Shown: positions 9,241-19,253 of the stretch, piece by piece
Layout of the letters: every line of letters starts with the position of its first letter
Position numbering within the stretch: position 1 is the first letter of the stretch
DNA from: a virus
Lineage: Duplodnaviria > Caudoviricetes
Strand: one strand, 5' to 3'
Virus record (IMG/VR): IMGVR_UViG_3300050581_000016
Coordinates: 12,299-76,298 of that record
Length of the DNA: 64,000 nucleotides
The notes under the pieces: model-generated
The model's database searches: none
What the model was told of the DNA's origin: nothing
The model's input: the letters and a program-made list of their open reading frames with translations, nothing else
Program-made: the position numbers and the translations under genes

Positions 9241-9594
9241 ATGCCAAGATGGAATCTTCAGTGGAAGGTTGACAGCAGCTCAAGCCCTGGCAAGACCTAC
9301 ACGGTGTCGGAGGCTTTTGACGGGACATGGGCCTGTTCGTGCCCTGCCTGGACGCGCATGCGGAAAGAGTGCAAACACATCAAGCTGGTCAAGATGCGGC
9401 TTGCGACGGGAATCACCGACAAGGCCATAGTTCTGATAACGGAGAACGGCCATCCGGCCGCGCCTGACGTCATTGGCGCGGCCATCAATGAGGCCATAAT
9501 GAACAGAGAAGCCGAGAAGGTCGAGGAGCCCCCGAGGCAACTGAGCCTTCTTGAGCGGCTGGCGATTGAGGCTCCCTGGAGGATGAAACGATGA
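9241..9594 (+). CDS. SWIM zinc-finger protein
   Basis: YTV...WACSCPAW...CKHI SWIM pattern; ends LLERLAIEAPWRMKR. Confidence 0.75.
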   Translation: MPRWNLQWKVDSSSSPGKTYTVSEAFDGTWACSCPAWTRMRKECKHIKLVKMRLATGITDKAIVLITENGHPAAPDVIGAAINEAIMNREAEKVEEPPRQLSLLERLAIEAPWRMKR

Positions 9595-12500
9595 TCCATC
9601 TTCACGCCCATTCTCACTACAGCGTGCTTGACGGCCTGGGAACCGTTGACGAGATCATCGAGCGGTGCAAAGCCATCAAGGCGCCTGCCGTGGCGATCAC
9701 CGACCACGGAAGTATCAGCGTCCTGCCCGACCTGTTCAAGAAGGCCAAGGCGGCGGGCGTCAAGCCGATCATCGGGTGCGAGTTCTACCTGACCGACAAG
9801 GCCGAGGGAGAGAAGGCCGAGCGCCGCTATCACCTGACGGTGCTGGCCAAGACCTGGGCGGGCACCCAGAGCATCATCAAGGCCCTGACCCTGGCCAACA
9901 CCCAGTTCTACTACCGACCGCGACTCACCATCGAGCAGGCCCTGACGGCCTTCAGCGAGTGCGTGGTGATGAGCGCCTGCACCAGCGGCATCTTGATTAG
10001 GGACGACTACGCCGACCTCTACGACCGATTCAAGGCGGCCTACGGCGAGGACTTCTACCTTGAGGTGATGCCGCACGCCTTCCTTGACGAGGGCGCCAAC
10101 CATCAGGCCATCGTGAACACGAGGGCGCTGGGCCTCTGGCAGCACAAGAAGGCGAAGGTGGTCGCAACCAACGACGCGCACTACGTCAACCCGGACGACG
10201 CCTACCCTCACGAAGTCCTGCTGGCCATCCAGAGCGGCAAGACCTGGGACGACCCGAAGCGCTGGAGGTTCAACTGCGACGGCCTGCACATGAGGGACGT
10301 CGAGGAAATGGTGGCGGCCTTCGGGAAGAACTGCCCGTATCTGCCCCTTGACTTCGTGAAGGCGGCCATGCTGACAACCCTTGAGGTTGCCCAGAAGTGC
10401 AACGTCGAGCTGCCCGCCTTCCCGATCCACCTTCCCAAGGTGTCGGCAGAGGACGACAACAAGATGTTCGCAAAGCTCCTGGCCGATGGCTGGGAGGCGA
10501 AGCTGGCGCCGCACGGCGAGGAGCTTGACCTCGACGTTTACCGGAAGCGCCTGGTCTACGAGATCGGCGTCATCAACAAGCTCAAGTTCACGAGGTACTT
10601 CCTGATCGTCCAAGACATCATCCGGTGGGCGCGCGAGCAGGGAATAGCGGTCGGGCCTGGGCGCGGGTCGGCTGCCGGATCGCTGGTCTGCTACTTGCTC
10701 GACATCACCCAGCTCGACCCGATTGTCCACAAGCTCTACTTTGAGCGGTTCTTGAACCCTGAGCGTCTGGACTACCCGGACATCGACGTGGACTTTGGCG
10801 ACGACAGGCGGCAGGAGGTCTTTGACTACATCAGGGGCAAGTACGGGCACGACAAGACGGCTAACATCAACACCTTCGGGGTGCTGACCGTCAAGAGCGC
10901 CTTCAGGGATGTCGCCAGGGTGTTCGGCGTGAATATCCTGACCGTCAACGCCCTGAGCAAGCTGATCGACGACGAGGTATCCTTTGAGAAGGTTCCAGAG
11001 CTTGGGCGATTCGCCAAGTCAGAGGTCGGCGCCAAGGTTGTTGACCTCTCAAAGAAGCTCAGCGGGCGCATCCGACAGAACGGGGTGCATGCCGCTGGGA
11101 TCGTGTTGAGCGACCGGCCCCTCACCGAGGTCGCCGTGATCGAGCACCGCAAGGACGCTGACGTTATCAACTGGGACATGAAGAACTGCGAGGTCTTTGG
11201 CCTCATCAAGATCGACGTGCTGGGCCTGAGCACCTTGAGCATCATGGACATGGCGGCCAAGCTGGTGAAGCGTGACCTTGGCGAGGACATCGACTTCGTG
11301 GGCATCCCGCTGGACGACGAAAAGGCGATGGACGCCTTCTCCAAGGGAGACACGCTGGGCGTGTTCCAGTTTGAAGGAAACGGCCTCCAGGGGCTGCTGA
11401 AGGGCCTTCAAGCCCACGATTTCGAGGCCATAACGGCTGCGACCGCCCTGTTCCGGCCTGGGCCTTTGAATGCGGGCCTGTGCGAGCAGTACCTCCGCAT
11501 CTCCAAGGGCGATGAGCGGGAGTGGTATGACCACGAGCTGCTCAAGCCGATCCTGAGCGACACCAAGGGCGTCGTGGTCTACCAGGAGCAGGTCATGCGA
11601 ATCTTTGTTGACCTGGCGGGATTTACCTACCCCGAAGCAGACAAGATGAGGAAGATCATAGGCAAGAAGCTGGGCAAGGACGAGTTCGAGAAGCACCGGG
11701 ATCACTTCGTCAAGGGCGCCGAGGCCAAGGGCATCGACCCACGGCTGGCAGACGGCATCTTCACGAAGCTGGTCGAGTTTGCCGGATACGGCTTCAATCG
11801 CTGTATAGCGCATGACGAGAAGCTGTTCAGGTTGAGTCGATGCGACAGTAAGAGCGAGCCGCTAAGCATAGGAGAGATGTATCGCATAAAGAACAATTTG
11901 GCATATGCCAAGGCAACAGGGCATGAGGCGCTTCGTAAGAAGTATATGAGGCTTGGGTACGGTTATGCTCTTTCAATGAATGACGAGGGGCGTCTGGTCA
12001 AAAACAAGATCGTTGACATTTATCCATCTGGAGTGATGCCGGTCTATCGCTTGACCACTGAAGGAGGCGTGACGTTTAAATGTACCATGAATCATTCGAT
12101 TCCAACGACAGACGGCAAGAAGCTGCTTTCAGATATAGTTCCTGGTGACGCAGTATATGTGTCTAGTGGATACGAACATGTGAGATTCAATGAGTGCTTC
12201 TACAATAAAGACGAAACGCCTCTAGTCAACTCCGAGCTTGGCAAAATGGGCTTTCAAGAGCGAATGCTTGGTAATTCTGTACTTTATAATACGATAAGAG
12301 AGCAAAAGATTGCTTTGCTGGGGCAATGCGAGGAGTGCGGTGGCGCCCCATCCAGGTTTGAACTGCATCATGTTGGGCTTGACAGGTCGAAGAATGGTTA
12401 TGACGATCTGCGACTGTTGTGTCCGTCCTGTCATAAGATAAAGCACTATGAGGCTGGACGTACCAAGGCTTTTGAGAAGGGCTATCCAACAGTGACCGAC

Positions 12501-13655
12501 ACGGTGGCTGTCGTCGAGTATGTCGGTGAGGAAGAGTGTTTTGATGTGGAAATGACGGCGCCAAACCACAACTTTCTTACCGGAGGCGGGCTTGTGGTCT
12601 GCAACTCCCACGCATGTGCCTACTCCATGATAAGCCTCTGGACTCAATACCTCAAGACCCACTATCCGCTTCAGTTTATGGCGGGCAGCATGACATACAC
12701 CGACAAGAAAGAGCGCCTGCGACTTCTGGTCAGGGAGTGCGGGCGCCTGGGCATCGAGGTTAAACAGCCCGACATAAACAGGTCAACCAACGTCTTTGAA
12801 GTGGATGTGGCCGAGAATGCCATCACGGCGCCACTGAACCTGATAAAGGGCGTCGGCGGCGCGGCGGTAAAGGCGATTCTCAAGGCCCGCGAGGAACGGT
12901 GCTTCATCAGCATGGACGATTTCAGCGACCGGATCAACAAGCGGGCCTGTCATAAGGGCATCGTGGAAACTCTGACCAAGGCCGGGGCCTTCGAGAGCTT
13001 GGGCATCGGCGAGCGTGACCCAGAGCAGCGCATCAAGAACTTCGCCGAACTCATGCCGATCTTCAGCCTGCTTCCCAGCCTGACTCTGGGCGGCAGGATG
13101 ATGAAGGAAGAGATCGAGGCGATTCAGGGCCTGGTGATAGAGATGGACGAATGCAGGGCGGCAAACCTCCCGAAGCGCAACCTGATCCCACCGGCATTCA
13201 ACAGTAAGGGACAGATCATGGTGGTCAACAACCCTGTGAAGCACGAAACCAAGCACTTCCAGAGCGACGGCAGCAAGCACTTTCTCAAGACCATGAGGGG
13301 CCTGGGCTTCACCGAGGGAAACTTCTATTACACCTCCCCGATCAAGTGCAAGCACCTCAACTACGGCAAGGCCGACGCGGCCTGCCAGGATCGCTGCCTG
13401 GAGTTCCTGAAGCGCGAGATCGAGCTGGTCAAGCCCAAGCTCATTATCTGCTTTGCGAGCAGCATGACCGGCTTCTTCACGGGAGACCCCAAGGCCCAGG
13501 CGAGCACGCTTCGAGGTCAGGCCGTCTACAACAAGACCCTGGACACCTACATCGTCTTCAGCCCGTCACCCCAGTACGCCTACTATCAGGAGGGCGGTCA
13601 GGCGGCCTTCAAGGAGTCAATGGAGCTGGTCAGAAATATTTTTGCTGACAGCTAA
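9591..13655 (+). CDS. dnaE: DNA polymerase III alpha subunit (family C) with intein and C-terminal UDG-like domain
   Basis: PHP domain HLHAHSHYS/TDHG, GRGSAAGS, PDIDVD, GVHAAG, GYGFN...SHA. Confidence 0.95.
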   Translation: MIHLHAHSHYSVLDGLGTVDEIIERCKAIKAPAVAITDHGSISVLPDLFKKAKAAGVKPIIGCEFYLTDKAEGEKAERRYHLTVLAKTWAGTQSIIKALTLANTQFYYRPRLTIEQALTAFSECVVMSACTSGILIRDDYADLYDRFKAAYGEDFYLEVMPHAFLDEGANHQAIVNTRALGLWQHKKAKVVATNDAHYVNPDDAYPHEVLLAIQSGKTWDDPKRWRFNCDGLHMRDVEEMVAAFGKNCPYLPLDFVKAAMLTTLEVAQKCNVELPAFPIHLPKVSAEDDNKMFAKLLADGWEAKLAPHGEELDLDVYRKRLVYEIGVINKLKFTRYFLIVQDIIRWAREQGIAVGPGRGSAAGSLVCYLLDITQLDPIVHKLYFERFLNPERLDYPDIDVDFGDDRRQEVFDYIRGKYGHDKTANINTFGVLTVKSAFRDVARVFGVNILTVNALSKLIDDEVSFEKVPELGRFAKSEVGAKVVDLSKKLSGRIRQNGVHAAGIVLSDRPLTEVAVIEHRKDADVINWDMKNCEVFGLIKIDVLGLSTLSIMDMAAKLVKRDLGEDIDFVGIPLDDEKAMDAFSKGDTLGVFQFEGNGLQGLLKGLQAHDFEAITAATALFRPGPLNAGLCEQYLRISKGDEREWYDHELLKPILSDTKGVVVYQEQVMRIFVDLAGFTYPEADKMRKIIGKKLGKDEFEKHRDHFVKGAEAKGIDPRLADGIFTKLVEFAGYGFNRCIAHDEKLFRLSRCDSKSEPLSIGEMYRIKNNLAYAKATGHEALRKKYMRLGYGYALSMNDEGRLVKNKIVDIYPSGVMPVYRLTTEGGVTFKCTMNHSIPTTDGKKLLSDIVPGDAVYVSSGYEHVRFNECFYNKDETPLVNSELGKMGFQERMLGNSVLYNTIREQKIALLGQCEECGGAPSRFELHHVGLDRSKNGYDDLRLLCPSCHKIKHYEAGRTKAFEKGYPTVTDTVAVVEYVGEEECFDVEMTAPNHNFLTGGGLVVCNSHACAYSMISLWTQYLKTHYPLQFMAGSMTYTDKKERLRLLVRECGRLGIEVKQPDINRSTNVFEVDVAENAITAPLNLIKGVGGAAVKAILKAREERCFISMDDFSDRINKRACHKGIVETLTKAGAFESLGIGERDPEQRIKNFAELMPIFSLLPSLTLGGRMMKEEIEAIQGLVIEMDECRAANLPKRNLIPPAFNSKGQIMVVNNPVKHETKHFQSDGSKHFLKTMRGLGFTEGNFYYTSPIKCKHLNYGKADAACQDRCLEFLKREIELVKPKLIICFASSMTGFFTGDPKAQASTLRGQAVYNKTLDTYIVFSPSPQYAYYQEGGQAAFKESMELVRNIFADS
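11802..12605 (+). mobile_element. intein with HNH endonuclease (268 aa)
   Basis: Inserted in GYGFNR|SHA; starts CIAHD, ends FDVEMTAPNHNF...VVCN|S; CEEC..ELHH..N..LLCPSCH; lower GC. Confidence 0.9.
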
Positions 13656-13662
13656 TTTTTCC

Positions 13663-13691
13663 TTGCAATCAGTAAGCGCTTAGTATATTCT
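13663..13691 (+). promoter_or_regulatory. sigma70-type promoter with operator
   Basis: TTGCAA-TCAG-TAAGCGCTTA-GTA-TATTCT. Confidence 0.75.
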
Positions 13692-13750
13692 GGAGTTAAC
13701 GGTTAGGGGCACAAGGCGCAACGAACAACCAACTACGAAAAGGAACGACG

Positions 13751-13963
13751 ATGAGGACACTGACCAAGCAGGCAAGGGCAAAGATCAGACGGCGCATCTG
13801 GTTGCTGGAATGCTGGACGAACAGCGCGAACAGCTACCTGAGCGGGGCCTTCACGGTTGATTCGGCAAAGGGAAGCCTGGACAGGATCGAGCGCTACCAG
13901 AAGGCGCATCGGGTGCTGACCAGAAGGTTGGACGCGGACACCAAGAATCGAAGGAGGAAGTAA
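13751..13963 (+). CDS. small basic hypothetical protein
   Basis: First ORF after the promoter; AAGGA SD. Confidence 0.6.
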   Translation: MRTLTKQARAKIRRRIWLLECWTNSANSYLSGAFTVDSAKGSLDRIERYQKAHRVLTRRLDADTKNRRRK

Positions 13964-14383
13964 GTGGCGACGGCATTAAGAACCCTGGAGATTGACGCGA
14001 CAGACCTCGACAACGAGCTGTCCAAGCAGGCGGCCAGCTACCTGTACGTCGCCGAGCAGGCCATCGAGGCCGAGGCGGCCTACAAAGAGTACAAGGCCAA
14101 CGTGGACATCCTTGAGGCTCAGTTGAGCGCCAAGGCCCGAGAGGAGCTGGAGGCGAGGGGCAAGAAGCCGACCGAGAAGATGGTCGAGTCGGTGGTGGCC
14201 TCCAACGCCCACTTCATCGCGGCGCACAAGAAGCTCAATGAGCTGTGGGGCCAGAAGGAGGTGATGAAGGCCCAGCGGGAAGCCTGGTACATGAGGAAAG
14301 ACCTCTTGATCCAGGTGGCGATCAAGCAGCGATGCGAGATCGAGAGCATGATGAGTTCGACGGTCAAGTCAGCGGCAGTTTAG
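13964..14383 (+). CDS. UvsY-like recombination mediator (coiled coil)
   Basis: Helical protein with KKPTEKMVES..V; sits in the RecA/SSB neighbourhood. Confidence 0.55.
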   Translation: MATALRTLEIDATDLDNELSKQAASYLYVAEQAIEAEAAYKEYKANVDILEAQLSAKAREELEARGKKPTEKMVESVVASNAHFIAAHKKLNELWGQKEVMKAQREAWYMRKDLLIQVAIKQRCEIESMMSSTVKSAAV

Positions 14384-14427
14384 ACGGCTAAGAAAGAAAC
14401 CCTAACGAACCGAAAGGATTCAAGACC

Positions 14428-15399
14428 ATGAGCGACAAAGCGTTGATGAAACCCGACGATGCCCTGCTCGATTTGTGGGCTGGCGCCAACAAGGGAGAGG
14501 ACACCGGAGAAGATCAGGGGCCTCGCATTCCCATCCTGAAAATCAACCAGAAGGCTCACAAGAGCAAGCACGGCCTGGGAGTATGGGTGGTCGGAATGAA
14601 GCTCGACGAGGACGACAACCCCGTCGAGGAGGGCCAGAAGGTGAAGGGCCTGATCGTCCTGGCCGTCAGGAACAGGTTTTCCTACTACGACCAGGGCAAC
14701 ACCCGGAACAACTGCACAAGCCCGATCTTCGCCAGCTTTCAGGATGAAGTGCGCGGGAGCAATTACGGCTACGTCTGCACCGACAAGACCTGTCCCCAGC
14801 GGAACAAGGAGGGTAATCCCAGGTGCAAGGCCCAGAAGGTGGTCTTCGCATCGGCCATCACCGAAGCCAATGAGTTCGTGGATTGCGTGGCCTACCTCCA
14901 GGGCGCGAACTACATGCCGTTCAGCACCTACATCAAGGAGGCCAAGCAGATCAGAACCAAGGGCGGCTTCGTTGAGGCCCCGTCCTACGGGTTTATCACC
15001 CTGGTCGGCAGCGAGAAAAAGAAGAACGGCGCCGTGATTTACTATGAGGGCGTTTTCAAACGGGGCTCCCTGCTCGACAAGGCCAAGTACGAGCACTTCT
15101 CCAAAAAGCATGAGGAGGCGCTGCACTACATCGAGGCCATCAACAAGGCCATGAGGAGCGCTCCCGAAGAGACTGCGGCACCGGCAGCGTCGGCCCCTCC
15201 GACTGCGCCTCCCAAGGCGGCGCCCAAGAAGGCCGACCCCGACGTGATCGACGTTGACGCCATTGACATCAGCCATCTGGGGCCGATGACGGAAGTGCCC
15301 GACGACATCCCTTTTGACGCCGGTTCCGACGCGGCGGCAGCGCCGGAACCCGATGACTTCGACATCGAAGCCGCTATCAACACCGCATTGAACAGCTAA
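14428..15399 (+). CDS. single-stranded DNA-binding protein
   Basis: RIPILKINQ N-terminus, Pro/Ala linker, acidic tail DDIPFD; replication context. Confidence 0.6.
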   Translation: MSDKALMKPDDALLDLWAGANKGEDTGEDQGPRIPILKINQKAHKSKHGLGVWVVGMKLDEDDNPVEEGQKVKGLIVLAVRNRFSYYDQGNTRNNCTSPIFASFQDEVRGSNYGYVCTDKTCPQRNKEGNPRCKAQKVVFASAITEANEFVDCVAYLQGANYMPFSTYIKEAKQIRTKGGFVEAPSYGFITLVGSEKKKNGAVIYYEGVFKRGSLLDKAKYEHFSKKHEEALHYIEAINKAMRSAPEETAAPAASAPPTAPPKAAPKKADPDVIDVDAIDISHLGPMTEVPDDIPFDAGSDAAAAPEPDDFDIEAAINTALNS

Positions 15400-15462
15400 G
15401 AAACAGGGGCCGGGAAACCGGCCCCATCGACGAACCCCAACGAATTGAAAAGGATCAAGGGC

Positions 15463-16464
15463 ATGATGAAAACCAATCTCAAAGGAAGCGGATTTGATGG
15501 CGCGAACGACACTGTTGTTTGTTCGACAAACATCAATGGCAAAGAAGTGCGGGCGGTTTTGACCAGTGAAGGTCAGGTTATGGTTGTTGTTTCTGACGTG
15601 TGCAGGTTGATCTGGGAAGGCGGGTCAAGGTCGTTTTCCAGAAGGACGATTCTCCGTGGCCTGCCCGAAGGGAGCCGAATTGACTACATGCTCAGTAATA
15701 AGGCCCTGCACGCTAATGCCTGCGTTGAAGCCAGTGTCTTGTATGACGCTATTTTGAAGTATCGAAAGGTGGACAAGACAAGGCGAAGGCATCTGGCCCA
15801 TAGAACGATTGAGGCCATTGACAGCCTGCTCCCCAAATTCAGGACGGCATTCATAGATGGCAAGGAAGCCGAGCCGGTGACGCCCGTTGAGCCGGTCGCT
15901 GAGCCTGCGCCGGAGCCGGTTGCTCAGCCCGAACAGGCTGATCCGCTTGACAGCCTGGCCCAGGCCATTGCAGGGCCGCTCGCTAAGGCCATCAAGGCGA
16001 TAATTGCAAACCAGAAGGCTACGTTTGAGGCCCAGGCTGCCAAGATCGCCAAACAAGAAGCCCAGATCATGAGCCAGGCCGCCAGGATAGAGACGCTGGG
16101 TGACGTAATACTCCGCCAAAACAACATCCTTACCAAGCATGACTCCATCTTCGTTGAGCTTCGGGATAAGGCGCTAGAGTTGATGAAAAGAGTCGAGGTG
16201 GGAAACGACAAGCCTCCGGTTGTGAAGTCCATGCAGAAGCAATGCAACGATGCCGCTCACAGGTATGCTGGAGTGGCTGGCGTCAGCATCCCCGAAGCGT
16301 GGAACATCATCCACCGGCAATTCAAGATCACCCACGGGAAAGACCTTCAGCGCATGGCGAGGGAGAGAGGCTCGAAGGCGGCCGGCCTGGGCGTGGCAGC
16401 CGAGATCGGAATGCTCGACGAGATGTATGATGTCATCTACGGCTTGACCAAGCTGGCGGCATAA
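15463..16464 (+). CDS. BRO-N/antirepressor-like protein
   Basis: INGKEVRAV...VVVSDVCRLI resembles BRO-N, followed by a coiled coil. Confidence 0.55.
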   Translation: MMKTNLKGSGFDGANDTVVCSTNINGKEVRAVLTSEGQVMVVVSDVCRLIWEGGSRSFSRRTILRGLPEGSRIDYMLSNKALHANACVEASVLYDAILKYRKVDKTRRRHLAHRTIEAIDSLLPKFRTAFIDGKEAEPVTPVEPVAEPAPEPVAQPEQADPLDSLAQAIAGPLAKAIKAIIANQKATFEAQAAKIAKQEAQIMSQAARIETLGDVILRQNNILTKHDSIFVELRDKALELMKRVEVGNDKPPVVKSMQKQCNDAAHRYAGVAGVSIPEAWNIIHRQFKITHGKDLQRMARERGSKAAGLGVAAEIGMLDEMYDVIYGLTKLAA

Positions 16465-16517
16465 CCTGACAACCTGGGCCGGTGTCGCCACCGGCCCTTT
16501 CACGCGAGGTAAAGACC

Positions 16518-16817
16518 ATGACGAAAGCCGAAGCAAACAAGAGGAAGTTCGAGGACTTCAACGCCGTCAACCCCAAGGTGTACGCCCTGTTCTGCCAGTT
16601 CACCCAGGAGGTCATTGACGCCGGTTTCACCAGCTACTCCGCATACGCCATCATGCACCGCGTCCGGTGGGAAGGCGCCGTGGTCACGAAGGGCGACCCG
16701 TACAAGATCAGCAACAACCACATCCCATTCTATGCGCGGCTGTACGCCCAGGAGCACCCGAAGTACAAAGAGTTCTTCCTGCTCCGCGAGCTGACGACTG
16801 AGCGCAAGGCGGCCTAG
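16518..16817 (+). CDS. conserved phage hypothetical protein
   Basis: NPKVY..F...RVRWE..KISNNHIPFYARL; GAGGT SD. Confidence 0.65.
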   Translation: MTKAEANKRKFEDFNAVNPKVYALFCQFTQEVIDAGFTSYSAYAIMHRVRWEGAVVTKGDPYKISNNHIPFYARLYAQEHPKYKEFFLLRELTTERKAA

Positions 16818-16828
16818 AGGGAGGAGCC

Positions 16829-17848
16829 ATGACGTCATCTGATTTCATTGAAAGCATATACAAGAAGGTGGGCGAGTCCGACTACAACCAGGACGTGGCG
16901 GGCTGGCTGTCCACGGGCTTCCTGCCCCTTGACTACGCCATCAGCGGCAAGTACCAGGGCGGCGGCCTTCCGATGGGCCGGATCAGCGAGATATTCGGGC
17001 CTGAGTCGAGCGGCAAGACCTTGCTGGCCACGATGGCCATGATCCAGACTCAGCGCCTGGGCGGGCTGGCCGTGTTCCTTGACTTCGAGCACGCCTTTGC
17101 CATCAGGCGGGCCGTTCAGTTGGGCCTGGGCACCGACAAGAATCTCTGGCTCTACAAGCAACCGGACACGGCTGAAGAGGGCTTCCAGATCGTTGACTAC
17201 ATTGGCGAGATGGTGGTCAAGAACGGCATTGAGAAGCCCGTGACCATCGTCAAGGATTCGGTTGCCAGCATGATTACCCAGAGCGAGATGGACACCGGGA
17301 TCGGCGACGAGAATATGAAGACGCGCTTGTCCCTGGCCTCCTGTATGAGCACGAACCTCAAGAAGCTGGCCAAGATCGTGAACAAGACCAACATCACCCT
17401 GATCTTTCTGAACCAAACCAGGGAGAACCCCGGCGTGATGTTTGGCGAGAAGACCACGACACCAGGCGGCAACGCCCTTCGGTTCTACGCATCCATGCGG
17501 GCCAAGCTGCGGAAGACGGGGAAGGTGAAGGACGAGGACACCGGGGCCATTATCGGCGAGAAGGTGAGCGTCCAGATCGTCAAGAACAAGGTCTTTGAGC
17601 CGTTCCGCGAGGCCGACTACATCAGCGTCTTCAAGGAAGGCATCAACCTTCACCGGAGCCACCTGGACTCTCTGGCGGCACGGGGCCTGCTCGGCAGCAC
17701 CAAGGGCTATCTGGAGTTCGAGGGAAAGAAGTGGCGGGCGGGCGCCCTGGAGAAGATGCTTCGGGAGGACAACGACGCATATCAGCGCCTCCTGGGCCTG
17801 TTCAATGACGCACCGGAACCCGTGAAGTTTGCGGTAGATGAGGAATAG
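16829..17848 (+). CDS. recA: RecA/UvsX recombinase
   Basis: STGFLPLD, GRISEIFGPESSGKT, FLNQ.R, GGNALRFYAS, VKNKV. Confidence 0.95.
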   Translation: MTSSDFIESIYKKVGESDYNQDVAGWLSTGFLPLDYAISGKYQGGGLPMGRISEIFGPESSGKTLLATMAMIQTQRLGGLAVFLDFEHAFAIRRAVQLGLGTDKNLWLYKQPDTAEEGFQIVDYIGEMVVKNGIEKPVTIVKDSVASMITQSEMDTGIGDENMKTRLSLASCMSTNLKKLAKIVNKTNITLIFLNQTRENPGVMFGEKTTTPGGNALRFYASMRAKLRKTGKVKDEDTGAIIGEKVSVQIVKNKVFEPFREADYISVFKEGINLHRSHLDSLAARGLLGSTKGYLEFEGKKWRAGALEKMLREDNDAYQRLLGLFNDAPEPVKFAVDEE

Positions 17849-17850
17849 CC

Positions 17851-18909
17851 ATGCGACCGCCAATACTGGTGATAAGCGACCCCCAATTTCACAATTTCAA
17901 GGCCCACTCCACCACGGTCGATGGTGTGAACTCCAGGCTGCTACAGCAGATGGCGGCCTGGAATGAAGCCATCGAGATCGGGGTGAAGGCCGGATGCAAG
18001 ATGCTGGTGATTCCCGGCGACGTGTTCGAGATTCGCGGGCAGATCAAGCCGAGCGTCTTCAACAAGGTCACGGAGCTGGTCTACCTGGCAATGCAGAAGG
18101 GCCTGGACGTCGTGGCGATCCCAGGCAATCACGACATGGAGCATTTCGATGCCGGTGAGAGCGCGATCGACACCTGGGACATGCTGTTCCTGGAGGGGTT
18201 CGGCAGCATGCCCCAGCGCGACGTGACGGTCATGAAAATTCCAGAGGTGGTGATGATGGGCGGTTACCGGATCGCGGGCGTCCCGTACATCCACGACGTC
18301 AAGAAGTTCAAGTCGGCCCTCCGCGATATTGGGAGCCACAACCCTGAGATCACCCTGATCCATCAGGGTGTTGACGACTTCGATCCGACCGGGGCGCTCA
18401 CGACCGGCTTGACGGCTAGGTGGCTCGAAGACAACTGCCCTGGCCGGATCATCTGCGGCCACTACCATTTCCCGGCGATCAAGGGCCGTGTCCTGAACCC
18501 CGGCGCCCTGGTACAGCACCGCTTCGGTGACGAGGGGAACCATCGAGGATGCTGGGTGGTCTACGACAGCAAGGACGAGCCTGAGTTTCATCGCATCAAA
18601 AGCCCTGAGTTCGTGACCTGGCGCGACCACGGCGCAACGCATCTGCCCAGTGCCAAGGGCAACTTCGTCAGGGTCATCACCAAGTCCGTCAAGCAGGGCG
18701 AGAAGATCAGGAAGAAGGCAGAGGAGGCCGGGGCGCTCAGCGTGATCGTCCAGGTGGAGAAGGAGTTCAAGACGGCCCACGAGAAGACGGTGGCGATGGG
18801 CAAGCCCAGGGACATGCTGGGCGAGTACCTCGACATCGAGGCCAAGTACAGTCCGCACAAGGCGGCGATCCTGGGGCTTTTCGACAAGGTGTGCCTGGGG
18901 CACGCATAA
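17851..18909 (+). CDS. sbcD: SbcD/Mre11-like metallophosphoesterase nuclease
   Basis: ISD.Q, GDVF, GNHD, GHYH, PGAL motifs. Confidence 0.85.
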   Translation: MRPPILVISDPQFHNFKAHSTTVDGVNSRLLQQMAAWNEAIEIGVKAGCKMLVIPGDVFEIRGQIKPSVFNKVTELVYLAMQKGLDVVAIPGNHDMEHFDAGESAIDTWDMLFLEGFGSMPQRDVTVMKIPEVVMMGGYRIAGVPYIHDVKKFKSALRDIGSHNPEITLIHQGVDDFDPTGALTTGLTARWLEDNCPGRIICGHYHFPAIKGRVLNPGALVQHRFGDEGNHRGCWVVYDSKDEPEFHRIKSPEFVTWRDHGATHLPSAKGNFVRVITKSVKQGEKIRKKAEEAGALSVIVQVEKEFKTAHEKTVAMGKPRDMLGEYLDIEAKYSPHKAAILGLFDKVCLGHA

Positions 18910-18920
18910 GGAGGGAAGAC

Positions 18921-19241
18921 ATGAGCTTTAAAGTGACGTTGAACGCGGGTGAAGACGATGAGCTTCGCGGCTTCCTGAAGCAGCAGATTGAAGGCGCCGT
19001 GAAGTCGGTGACTCGCGCCGAACTGAAGGGAATGATCTACGGCGTGGCCGAGGAGAAGACCAGGACGGGGTTGACCGCGAAGGTCGAAGCAGAAATCCGC
19101 TCCCTGGTGCGTGATGCGATGGGAAGATACAACGTGCCTCACATGATCCGCGAGGCCGTGCGCGAAGAGGTAAGGGCCATCGTCAAGGAGCATGTGAGGC
19201 TTCCTGGCGCGATTAAGCTCGACGTGACACCGATCATATAA
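18921..19241 (+). CDS. hypothetical protein
   Basis: GGAGGG SD; typical codon usage. Confidence 0.65.
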   Translation: MSFKVTLNAGEDDELRGFLKQQIEGAVKSVTRAELKGMIYGVAEEKTRTGLTAKVEAEIRSLVRDAMGRYNVPHMIREAVREEVRAIVKEHVRLPGAIKLDVTPII

Positions 19242-19253
19242 GGAGGAAGGCAA

